Source: Myxococcales bacterium (GTDB taxonomy: Bacteria; Myxococcota_A; Polyangia; Polyangiales; DASUME01). Taken from it: 64,000 nucleotides of DNA. Location of the stretch: the NCBI GenBank assembly GCA_047601445.1, contig JASGJH010000001.1, positions 2,528,001-2,592,000 on the forward strand. Direction: 5' to 3'. Numbering within the stretch: position 1 is the stretch's first letter; each line of letters opens with the position of its first letter. Below the pieces are notes generated by a model, which was given only the letters and a program-made list of their open reading frames with translations, ran no database searches and was not told the origin of the DNA. Below, one piece after another: positions 31,181-40,408 of this stretch. A program made the position numbers and the translations under genes.

Positions 31181-33120
31181 TCGAGCGCGATGCGCCGCTC
31201 CACGCTCTCACCAGCCACGATGTTGACGCGGTAGCTGGTTTCCAGGTTTTGCTCGGGATTGCGCAGCACCAACGTGTGCGTGTCGGCGGGCAGCTCGACG
31301 TCGATGGGCGTAATGCCGAGCTTCTTGCCGTTGAGGCTCACGATGGCGTAGGGCGTGCTGTCGAGCTTGAGGCGTCCCATCGCGCGCGCCGCGGTGCCCG
31401 GTTCTGCCGCAGCAGCCAGGCTCGGCACGGGCTCCGCCCGCGCTTCTCGCAGCGGCTTGGCGGGAGCAGGCTCGGGCACGGCTTCGACAGGCTCGCGCTC
31501 GGACGTGGATGGACGGCGCACTCGGGTGCCGCCGTAGAGATCGACGCGCGAAGGCTCTGGGTCGACCACGCGCTCGTTTGACGTCGCGGGTACCGCGGTG
31601 GCGACCATGGGCACCGGCGCAACCGGCACAGGTGCGGGAACTGCCGCCACGGGCCCGGAGGTAGCCGGCACAGGAGCAGCCGCCACGGGTGGGAGCGCAG
31701 CCGTCACGGGAGCCACGGGAGCCTGAGGCGCAGCCACGCTCGGAGCGAGCTCGGTGCGGGGAAAGTCTGCATTCGACGCCGACGCCACCGCCGCGGGGCC
31801 GCCCGAGACTCCGAGACGTGCCGGCCCCGGCGCCAGCGCCCACAACGCTCCGAGTCCCAGTGCACTCACCAGTACGGCTGCCTTCGTGAGCTGTCGTGAG
31901 CCGGTTGCTGGCTGGCTCACGACCTCTGTGCGGAGCTCCTCTAGCGTCGGTGGAGCGGGCTTGATGCTCGGGCGCGCGGGCGGCTGAGAAGGCAGCCTTG
32001 GGCTGCCCAGACTGGCGACCACGTCCGCCTCGGGCGTGACGTTGAGGCGCGCCATGCAGCTGCGCAGTGTCTGGGCACGTTCCTCGATGCGATCCGCGAA
32101 CAGCGCGCGCATCCCGCTGCTCAGCGCTGTCCGTGGGTCCTCACGTCGCTCGGTCACCAACCAGCGATCGAGCGCTTCCTTGAAGGCGAGCGCGCTCTCG
32201 AAACGGCGTTCCGGGTTTCGCTGCAACGCCCGCTCCAGGATGCGCGCCAGGGGTTCGGGCACGTGCGGAGCCGCTTCGCTCGCCGAAGGGATCTCGTCCG
32301 TGAGGCTCGCGCGCAGCACCGACAGGTCCGTTTCTCCGTGAAAGAGACGCCGCCCCACCAGACACTCCCAGAGCGTCACGCCCATGCCCCAGACGTCGGT
32401 GCGCTGGTCGGCGGCCTCGTTGCGCGCCTGCTCGGGCGCCATGTACGCGCTCTTGCCATGCACGGCGTGCTCGTCCGCTTCGGCTTCGGCTGCGTTTGCC
32501 TTGGCGATGCCGAAGTCCAGCAGCTTGACCTCGCCACCATAGGTCACGAACAAGTTGTGAGGCGAGATGTCGCGATGGACGATGCCGAGCGGCGCGCCCG
32601 CGTAGTCGGTGGCGTGGTGCGCATAGTGCAGTCCATCCAGCGCTTGCGAGATGATCTGCACCGCCAGACTCGCAGGCAGACGCCGACTCTTGCTGCGCAG
32701 GCGGTAGAGCACGCGGCTCAGCGGCTGACCATCGAGGTACTCCATGGTCAAAAACGGCTGGTCGCGGAACACGCCCACGCGGTTGGTCTGCACGATGTTC
32801 GGGTGGTGCAGGCTGGCGGCCAAATTGGCCTCCAGAGAAAAGCGCTCCAAGCGCCGCGGATCACTGCACAAATGGGCGTGCAAACGCTTGATCACGAGGA
32901 GCTTGCGGAAGCCGTGCGGTCCCTGCGAGAGCGCCAGAAAGATCTGGGCCATGCCGCCCTCGCCGATCTTGGCGATCAGCACGTACTCGTCGAACTGCTC
33001 GGAGGCCACCGGCGTGATCACGCGCGTGCGACGCGTCTCGGGCGTGTCGGCGCGGACCGGACGATCCGAGGGGAACGCAGGCTCGGGACGCTGGCTGACG
33101 TGACTCGGCTGCGTGCTCAT
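31177..33120 (-). CDS. Hanks-type Ser/Thr kinase with TM segment and C-terminal PEGA domain
   Basis: IGEGGMA, VIKRL, HRDISPHN, DFG, YMAPE; TM segment; Pro/Ala linker; PEGA-like DSTPYAIVSLNG..LGITP. Confidence 0.93.
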   Translation of the reverse strand: MSTQPSHVSQRPEPAFPSDRPVRADTPETRRTRVITPVASEQFDEYVLIAKIGEGGMAQIFLALSQGPHGFRKLLVIKRLHAHLCSDPRRLERFSLEANLAASLHHPNIVQTNRVGVFRDQPFLTMEYLDGQPLSRVLYRLRSKSRRLPASLAVQIISQALDGLHYAHHATDYAGAPLGIVHRDISPHNLFVTYGGEVKLLDFGIAKANAAEAEADEHAVHGKSAYMAPEQARNEAADQRTDVWGMGVTLWECLVGRRLFHGETDLSVLRASLTDEIPSASEAAPHVPEPLARILERALQRNPERRFESALAFKEALDRWLVTERREDPRTALSSGMRALFADRIEERAQTLRSCMARLNVTPEADVVASLGSPRLPSQPPARPSIKPAPPTLEELRTEVVSQPATGSRQLTKAAVLVSALGLGALWALAPGPARLGVSGGPAAVASASNADFPRTELAPSVAAPQAPVAPVTAALPPVAAAPVPATSGPVAAVPAPVPVAPVPMVATAVPATSNERVVDPEPSRVDLYGGTRVRRPSTSEREPVEAVPEPAPAKPLREARAEPVPSLAAAAEPGTAARAMGRLKLDSTPYAIVSLNGKKLGITPIDVELPADTHTLVLRNPEQNLETSYRVNIVAGESVERRIALE

Positions 33121-33439
33121 GTGGGGGTCCTCGGCACGATGTGGCGGAGTATGAGTCCAGATTTCGGAGCCCCGCAATGCGGGTCCAGGATCAGTTACAC
33201 AAACTTCACACAACCGCCTCGCTGTCACCGAATCCTCGCGGAACGCCGGCGCGCCGTATGCCTCCGCTTGTCACCCCTCCTCTGTGATTGCACCCTAGAT
33301 CACGGTCACGATCCAGCGCCTCGCGCGACGCCTGCGCTCGTCACGGCCGCCCCAGCGCAGCACTTCGCGACCTTTCGTTGCAGGTCTGCTCCATGCCTGA
33401 TCCCGCTTTGCGACGTCGCCTTCACGCGCAGCGTCGACG

Positions 33440-34225
33440 ATGCAACCCATGCACGCCTGTGGATGGTCTCGCCCGAAAACGCTGATCTTCGTCGCACTCC
33501 TGAGCTGGGGAGTCTGGGCTTTGTGCTCCGATGCGCTCGCCGAAGAGCCCGACGGGTCCTGGCTCGCCATTCGCGACGACGAGGGCATCACGACCTGGAA
33601 GCGCGAACGGGCCGGCGACGCCCTGCCCGGCTTCCGTGGAGCCACCGTGATGCCCGCGAACGTGTGGGACCTGCTGTCGGTGCTCGACGATGTCGACCGG
33701 GCCGCCGAGTGGACCGCGAACTGCATCGAGATGCGTCGCCTGGCCGGCTCCTCCGATCAACGTCTCTTCGTCTACGCCCGTATGGACGCTCCCTGGCCCG
33801 TCCGCGACCGCGACGTGATCACGCAGGTCACGCCGCGCTTCCTGAGCGCGCGCGCGGTGTTCGTGGACATCCGGGCAGTGCCCTATCCGGCGTTGCCGCC
33901 CAAGCAAGGCATGGTGCGCATCCCGAGTATGGTGGCGAGCTATCGCTTCGACGTGCTGTCGGAGGCGCGCACGCGGGTGGAGTATCGCATCGAGCTCGAC
34001 GCCGGCGGAACCTTGCCGGACTGGCTCAAAGCGATGGTGGCCAAGGACCTCGCGCACAACACCCTGGCCCGCCTGCGCGACCGCGTGCGGTGGGCCTCCG
34101 AGCGGAAGCTCTACGCGACCCGCGCCAGGGAGCTAGAGCAGGCGGCGCGACAACTCGGTTTTGGAGCGGCCGTGGAGACCCAGATCGTTCAGAACGGCCC
34201 AGACCTGACGAGCAGCCAGGACTGA
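33440..34225 (+). CDS. START-domain (lipid-binding) secreted protein
   Basis: WLAIRDDEGITTW, APWPVRDRDVI and DAGGTLPDWL motifs. Confidence 0.85.
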   Translation: MQPMHACGWSRPKTLIFVALLSWGVWALCSDALAEEPDGSWLAIRDDEGITTWKRERAGDALPGFRGATVMPANVWDLLSVLDDVDRAAEWTANCIEMRRLAGSSDQRLFVYARMDAPWPVRDRDVITQVTPRFLSARAVFVDIRAVPYPALPPKQGMVRIPSMVASYRFDVLSEARTRVEYRIELDAGGTLPDWLKAMVAKDLAHNTLARLRDRVRWASERKLYATRARELEQAARQLGFGAAVETQIVQNGPDLTSSQD

Positions 34226-34283
34226 GCCCGGTATCGAACTCAAGCGTCGTCACTATCGACGCCGCTGGCGCCGACGCTGACGC

Positions 34284-36305
34284 TCACATCGCGTCGTCGA
34301 AGGCGGCGCAGCTGATGGACTGCCAACCTTCGGGCAGGCTGGTGTGCGCGGCCACGCCCGGCGTCGCAGACACTGCGCAGCCAGCGGCGCAGTCGTCGAG
34401 ACTGAAGTTCGGCTTGCTGGTCTGATAGTGGCAGTCGCCCTCGGAGAACGTGCCCGTGGCGTAGCAATCCGAGCACTTCTGGCAGAAGTCGAGGCAGTAC
34501 TGGGTGCCCCAGCCTTGCTGACTCCCCGCATCCGCCACCGCGCCATCTCCGCCTGCGCCCGCGTCGCCGACAGGCTCGCCGCCGCACTGGCTGGCGTCCA
34601 CGCTCGGAGCCACGTCGAGGATCCACTGCAAGGGCACGAGCTTGAAGTTCTGCCCGCCCACGTCGTTGGTGTCGTCCTGTGTCACGAACAAGCCATGCGG
34701 ATAGGCCGGGCCGAGGTTGGCCGAAGTGGCCTCGATGCCGTCCGAACCGGTCACGCCGTCGATGCAGCTCTCGCCGGTCTCGATGCGGAAGGTCTTGATG
34801 AAGGCGTGCGGTGGCTCGCGGTCGAACACCGCGTAGGTGCTGTCGCCCTGATTGGACGAAAGGATGTAGCCGCTCGTCGCGCCGGTGGCCACGACTGCCA
34901 CGCCTTCGACGTCCGCCACCAAGTGGTCACCGACCGCCTGGATTAGCTCGCCCGCCCAGCCGCTGCCCGACGTCACGCCCGGCTCGGCATCGAACTTCCA
35001 AATGCCCACGTCTTCCTCTCCGACGTAAAGCTTCCCCGTGGCGTCATCCGCCACGCAAGCCTCGGGCTGGGAGCTGAGCTGCTTGAGCTCGCGTACCTTG
35101 GTGGCCGTGACCTTGCCGGGCGCGCTGCTGCTCTCCGCGAGTTCCCACTGCTCGATCTTGCCGGCCTTGGAGTCCACGAAGTAGTAGAACTTCCCGCTGA
35201 CTGCGCTGTGATACATGCAGCTGCCGTAGGTCGCGAGGGTTTGGATGGGGCCTTCGGCCACGTCCGTGAGCCGACGCGTGCTGGCGTCGAGGCTGTAGAT
35301 GGCGATGGTGTTGTTGGTGCGGTTACCGGCGGTCACCAGCGTGGTGCTCGCGCCAGCGAGCGAGAAGCCCGTGCGCAGGTCCACGTTGTTGAGCTCGCCA
35401 GCCGTGACCGTCTGGATCAACGAACCGTCGAGCCCGTACACACCGAGGCCGCCGCCCGCGCTCTTGTCGGTGCCGATCACCACGCTGAGGCTGGGATCAC
35501 TGGGATGCACCCAAATGGCCGGGTCATCCGCCGCATCTCCCGCGTGGGCCACCGGCACCGTCTCGGCGGTCGCGTAGACCTGCGTGACAGGCTGCACGCA
35601 GGTTACTTCGAAGGCCACGCTCTCACCGCAGTCGCTGTCGCTCACCGCGAGCTCGACCTGGAAGATGCCGGCCTCGGTGCACGTGAGGTCGGTCTTCGCC
35701 GCGCTGGCGTTGCCGAGCACACCCTTCGGGCTGCGCCAGGCGTAGCTGACGGGCGCGGGCGCTGCGTCGGAGTCCTGCGCGGAAGCCGTGAGCGCGATCT
35801 TCTGGCCGACGTTGGCCGTGGACGGCGCCACGGAGAGCTCCTCGATCTGCGGGCATACGTTGAGCGAGCCGTTGACCAGCACGCCGCCATTCTTGGGCGC
35901 GAGGTGACAACGCAGGACCACGCTCACCGGAGTGACCTGGCCCGCGACGATGTCGAAGCTGGCCGAGCCCTCGCACTTGCTGTCCGGGAGGAGGTCGTCG
36001 ATCGCGCGCAGCACGATCGTGAAGCCGACACCCTTGGGGATGCCGCCGATCAGAGCCGTGGCCGTCGCGCCGTTCGCCGCGAACGAGTCCGCCTTGTGGA
36101 AGCCATTGCCGCTGATGTCGTAGGAAATTCTGCTGATGCTGAGGTTCGAGCCCACCTGCAGCGAGAGCGCGACACTGCCCTCGTCCTGGCGAGACGGAGC
36201 CGTCATCGCGTCGCCGTCGGCACAGCCGCCAGCCTCCACCGCTGCCCCGAGCCCCAGGACCAAAAGCACCGCTGCACTACGCCCATATTGCGATCGAACT
36301 TTCAT
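34284..36305 (-). CDS. Beta-propeller phytase lipoprotein with N-terminal Ig/PKD-like modules
   Basis: DAADDPAIWVHP, IGTDK, NNVDLR, EACVADD, LYVGEEDVGIW, ADVEG, SNQGD, DGIE, GLFVTQD and QNFKLV motifs; lipobox AGGC. Confidence 0.92.
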   Translation of the reverse strand: MKVRSQYGRSAAVLLVLGLGAAVEAGGCADGDAMTAPSRQDEGSVALSLQVGSNLSISRISYDISGNGFHKADSFAANGATATALIGGIPKGVGFTIVLRAIDDLLPDSKCEGSASFDIVAGQVTPVSVVLRCHLAPKNGGVLVNGSLNVCPQIEELSVAPSTANVGQKIALTASAQDSDAAPAPVSYAWRSPKGVLGNASAAKTDLTCTEAGIFQVELAVSDSDCGESVAFEVTCVQPVTQVYATAETVPVAHAGDAADDPAIWVHPSDPSLSVVIGTDKSAGGGLGVYGLDGSLIQTVTAGELNNVDLRTGFSLAGASTTLVTAGNRTNNTIAIYSLDASTRRLTDVAEGPIQTLATYGSCMYHSAVSGKFYYFVDSKAGKIEQWELAESSSAPGKVTATKVRELKQLSSQPEACVADDATGKLYVGEEDVGIWKFDAEPGVTSGSGWAGELIQAVGDHLVADVEGVAVVATGATSGYILSSNQGDSTYAVFDREPPHAFIKTFRIETGESCIDGVTGSDGIEATSANLGPAYPHGLFVTQDDTNDVGGQNFKLVPLQWILDVAPSVDASQCGGEPVGDAGAGGDGAVADAGSQQGWGTQYCLDFCQKCSDCYATGTFSEGDCHYQTSKPNFSLDDCAAGCAVSATPGVAAHTSLPEGWQSISCAAFDDAM

Positions 36306-36488
36306 CGCCATCACCTCGAGCAAAACCGTCCATTCGTCCCGGCGCGCGCACCCGCATGCTGGGACATGGGGGTACCTATGTGAGTCGAGGTACAAGTTTT
36401 CGAAGCGGGCGTGAAATGATGGCGACGTTTGAGCGACGGCCTGACGCACTCGCTAGTGAGACTTTGGCACCCTCGATAAGATGGGGAG

Positions 36489-38198
36489 ATGGCGAGAACG
36501 GAGCTCTTCGCGGCGCTGCGCGCGCACTACCGCAGGGCTCGTCATGCTCCTACCGAGAACGCGGGCGCCCCGGGCTCGTTGTCGCGACGAAGCTTCGTGG
36601 GGGGCGCCCTGGCCGGGCTTGCAGCGTGGCAGAGCGGGCTCGCCTCCGGCTGCACGGGCCGCGACACGACGCGCACGCGCCACGCGGCAGGCGCCTCCGA
36701 GCGCATGGTGATCGTGGGCGCGGGGTTGGCTGGACTACACTGCGCCTATCGGCTCCGTCAGGCTGGCGTGGAGGCCACGGTCTTCGAGGCCTCGCAGCGG
36801 GTCGGCGGTCGGACCTTCACCACGGCGCCCGGCACCTTTCCCGATGGCCAACTCGGCGAGCTCGGCGGAGAGCTCATCGACTCGTCGCACCTCACGATGC
36901 ATGCGCTCGCCCAGGAGCTGGACATCCCGCTTCACGATCTGCACGGCAAGAGCGTTGGAGGAGACGTGTACTGGGTGGCTGGACGACGTGTCACGAGCGC
37001 GTTGATCGCCGGACAGTTCGCCGAAGCTGCGCCCGGGATCGCCGAGGCAGCGAGTGAGGCCAGCAGCAATCCCAGCGTGATGGCCCGCTACGACGCCACG
37101 CCGCTCTCACAGTGGTTGAACGAGCACCTGAGGGGCCAACCGGAGCTGTCGACCGTGCTTGCCACGGCCTATCGCGGTGAGTTCGGGCTCGAGCCCCACC
37201 AGCAGTCTTCGCTCAACCTGCTCTGGCTGCTCGGCAACTCGGAGCTAGGTTCGCCGGCCCTGTTCGGAGACTCGGATGAACGCTTCCGCTCGCAGCTGGG
37301 CAGTCAGGCATTCGCCGACCGCCTGGCAGCGAAGCTCTCGCCGCAGATCATCCGCGACCGCCGTCTGATTCGCGCCCAGGGAGATGCGCAGACCGGTTAC
37401 CATCTGACATTCCAGGATCGCGCCGGCTCCAGGTACGAAGTGCAAGCCGAGCTGGTCGTCTTTGCTCTGCCTTTCTCGGTGCTGCGCACGGTGGACCTGC
37501 GCGAGCTCCCGCTCTCCCCGCTCAAGCGCTCCATCATTGAAGGGCTCGGTTACGGCACGCACACCAAGGTGCTCTCGTCCTTCGAGCGCCCGGTGTGGCG
37601 CATCGATCACGGCGCGAGCGGCGGCATGATCACCGATGAGGCGGTGCAACAGCTCTGGGACACCTCCTTGGGTCAAGGCGGTAGCGCTGGCTTGCTCACC
37701 AACTTCCTGGGCGGCGAGCCTGGCCTGCGCAGCGGGAGCATGAGCGCCGAGGAATGGGTACAGCACGCGACGCTGCCGCTGGGCGAGCGCCTGTGGCCTG
37801 GGTTGAGCGACGCCTATCGCGTGCGTAGCAGTCTGCGTATGCACTGGACCGGACACCAGTTCACACGCGGTGGCTACGCGTGCTACCGGCCGGGGCAGTG
37901 GGCCTGGTCTGGCAGCGTGGGCTTGCCCGAGGCGCAAGGCACGCTGCATTTCTGCGGCGAACACACCTCGGTGGATCATCAGGGCTTCATGGAAGGTGCC
38001 GCCGAGAGCGGCGCCCTCGTGGCCGCGGCGGTCCTGGAGCGCAGCTCGTTCACAGCCACGGAACGTCACGCTGCGTTGATTCACCTGAAGCGCGCGGTCA
38101 GCCAGCCCCAGCTCGGAGAGCTCGTGCGCCCACACGAGTGGCCGCGACGCGCGTGCAAGTACGAACAAAGTCTGCAGACACTCTTACAAAGCGCCTAG
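36489..38198 (+). CDS. Flavin monoamine oxidase-family protein, probable Tat substrate
   Basis: SRRSFV twin-arginine motif; GAGLAG, EASQRVGGR, ELGGELID and FCGEHTS...GFMEGAAESG. Confidence 0.88.
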   Translation: MARTELFAALRAHYRRARHAPTENAGAPGSLSRRSFVGGALAGLAAWQSGLASGCTGRDTTRTRHAAGASERMVIVGAGLAGLHCAYRLRQAGVEATVFEASQRVGGRTFTTAPGTFPDGQLGELGGELIDSSHLTMHALAQELDIPLHDLHGKSVGGDVYWVAGRRVTSALIAGQFAEAAPGIAEAASEASSNPSVMARYDATPLSQWLNEHLRGQPELSTVLATAYRGEFGLEPHQQSSLNLLWLLGNSELGSPALFGDSDERFRSQLGSQAFADRLAAKLSPQIIRDRRLIRAQGDAQTGYHLTFQDRAGSRYEVQAELVVFALPFSVLRTVDLRELPLSPLKRSIIEGLGYGTHTKVLSSFERPVWRIDHGASGGMITDEAVQQLWDTSLGQGGSAGLLTNFLGGEPGLRSGSMSAEEWVQHATLPLGERLWPGLSDAYRVRSSLRMHWTGHQFTRGGYACYRPGQWAWSGSVGLPEAQGTLHFCGEHTSVDHQGFMEGAAESGALVAAAVLERSSFTATERHAALIHLKRAVSQPQLGELVRPHEWPRRACKYEQSLQTLLQSA

Positions 38199-38507
38199 CG
38201 CATCGACGAACAAACCCTGAAGCAGCGCGCGCGCCGTTCCTCGCTGGGAACACGCACCACGCGATGCACCGCATCCGCACGTTGGAGTGTTTGTGTCCCA
38301 CGCGTCGTGGACGAATCAAACGCGCGTGGAATATCGTGGCAACAACGAACAACGAAGTTCTCCGAACGCCTTGAGTCGCCCGTCGAGCGTGTCCTATAAG
38401 GCTAGCGTTCGTCGTTCAATCGCGCGCCACAGCCGGTGCGCACAACCGAGACAAAGTCTCGCTTCGCGCGCGCTCAGCGAGCGCACGCCGATGAATGGGG
38501 GCAAGCA

Positions 38508-38927
38508 ATGGCAATGGAGACCACGATGGGCAACGGAGCGGTGATGGACACGGGTCGCAGCGCGCGTCAGCCAGACGCACGTGACGGCATCCTCGGAAGT
38601 TTCTTCTCGCTCTCGCTCGGCATGGTGGAGAGCAGCGTGCGCACGACGGCCAACCTCGGCCGCACCGTGACCACGGAGAGCCAGAAGGTCGGCGAGGCCA
38701 TGATCACGCTGAACGAACAGAGCAGCCAGGCGCTGATCCGCACCGCTCGCAAGCTGAACGAGTCGGCCTTCGGACTGCTTACGGATGTGGTCAATCGCCT
38801 CGAGGGCGCGGCGCTGGTGGTGATCTCGCAGGGTCAGCAGACGTCGGACCGCGTCGCCGAACTGGCGGCGCAGGCCAGCCAGGCGGCCGTTGGATCGCGC
38901 GGCTTGAACGGCTCGGCGCGCGTCTGA
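38508..38927 (+). CDS. Small helical protein, phasin-like
   Basis: About 139 aa, Ala/Ser/Gln-rich amphipathic helices, no TM segment; the family call is tentative. Confidence 0.5.
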   Translation: MAMETTMGNGAVMDTGRSARQPDARDGILGSFFSLSLGMVESSVRTTANLGRTVTTESQKVGEAMITLNEQSSQALIRTARKLNESAFGLLTDVVNRLEGAALVVISQGQQTSDRVAELAAQASQAAVGSRGLNGSARV

Positions 38928-39056
38928 GAACCTGAGCCAGAGCAGCGCGTGCAGACGTAGAGCCTGAGCGCAAAGCTGGCGAGGGCGGCGCGCGTTTGAG
39001 TGCGCCGCTCGAATCTTAACTCGGGCGAGCGTCTCCCGCGTTCAAGCGCGTCGCAG

Positions 39057-40268
39057 CTAGCGGCCCCGTCGCGCCTGTCCGAAAGCCGAGAAGAGGCCCG
39101 AAAGCCCCAGCGCAGCCGCCGAGAAAATGCCGGCAGGCTTGCTGATCGGTGCCGACCGCGGGTTCGCTTCCATCGTCGGCACGGCGGGCGCGGGAGCCGA
39201 TGGCCGCTTCGAGGGCAGTGGCGGTGGTACCGACACTGGACGCCGCTCGACAGCGGGCTTCTCTTTGCGTGGGCCCGCCGCGAGCGCACGATCCACGCGG
39301 GCAAGGGAGCTTTCGATCTCACTCGCGCGCGCTGCCATGTCGGTAGCGAACACGGGCTGCATCACGCGCTCGAGCGCCTTCTGAGGATCGCTGACGCGCT
39401 GACTCGCGAGCCAGCCCTCGAGCGCTTGGCGGAACTCGAGCGCGTTCGGATAGCGACGCTCTGGATTGCGCTGGAGAGCTCGATCGATGATCTCCGAGAG
39501 GGCCTCGGGAACGTGCGCGGCCAGCTCGTTGACCGGTGGGATCTCGTCGGTGAGCGTCGCCCGCAGCACGGCGAGCTCGGAGTCCCCACGAAACAGCGGC
39601 CTGCCGACGAGGCATTCCCAGAGCGCCACGCCCACGCCCCAGACATCGGCGCGCGCGTCGACTTCCTCGTGGCGGGCCTGCTCGGGCGCGACGTAGGCGC
39701 TGTGTCCGCGCACGGAACGTCCTTCGGGTCCGTGACGTTGGGTTCGGGTGCGCGCCACGCCGAAGTCGAGCAGCTTGGGCTGCCCGTCGTAGGTCAACAG
39801 CAGGTTGTGCGGAGAGACGTCGCAGTGCACGGTGCCGAGAGGTTGCCCGTTGTAGTCCACGCCTTCGTGCACGTGCTGAAGCGCCCCAAGAGCAGCCGCT
39901 CCGATCTGCGCGGACAGCGTCGCGGAGAGACGCTGCGACTTTCCCGTGAGCGCTCGCACGAGCCTGGCCAGTGGCTGTCCGTTCAAGTACTCCATGGCGA
40001 GGAACGGCTGCCCCCGATGGATGCCAACCTTGTGCGTCTCGACGATGTTCGGGTGCCGCAGGCTCGCGGACAGGTGCGCTTCCTGGCAGAACAACTCGAA
40101 CTCGCGCGGGTCGCGGGCCAGGTGCGCGCGCAGTCGCTTGATCACGACTAGCTTGCGCGCCCCGGCGGCGCCTTGATGAAGCCCCAGGAGGACGTGCGCG
40201 GTGGTGCCTTCGCTGAGCTTCGCGAACACGAGATACTCGTCGAAGCGCTCGATCTCCACCGGCGTCAT
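39057..40268 (-). CDS. Ser/Thr kinase paralog with degenerate motifs
   Basis: VIKRL, DFG and APE retained; Gly loop LSEGTTA; HCDVSPHN in place of HRD; closely related to the kinase at 31177-33120. Confidence 0.85.
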   Translation of the reverse strand: MTPVEIERFDEYLVFAKLSEGTTAHVLLGLHQGAAGARKLVVIKRLRAHLARDPREFELFCQEAHLSASLRHPNIVETHKVGIHRGQPFLAMEYLNGQPLARLVRALTGKSQRLSATLSAQIGAAALGALQHVHEGVDYNGQPLGTVHCDVSPHNLLLTYDGQPKLLDFGVARTRTQRHGPEGRSVRGHSAYVAPEQARHEEVDARADVWGVGVALWECLVGRPLFRGDSELAVLRATLTDEIPPVNELAAHVPEALSEIIDRALQRNPERRYPNALEFRQALEGWLASQRVSDPQKALERVMQPVFATDMAARASEIESSLARVDRALAAGPRKEKPAVERRPVSVPPPLPSKRPSAPAPAVPTMEANPRSAPISKPAGIFSAAALGLSGLFSAFGQARRGR

Positions 40269-40408
40269 GGCGCGCAGTATGGGTTCGCAGTTTGGAACAG
40301 CGCAATGCGACTGATGCATGAGTTGCGCAAACTTCACAGAACTCACCCAAAGTTCCCTGCGTACCCATCAAACAGTCACAGAACGGTGCCAAACGATGGG
40401 CAATCGAC

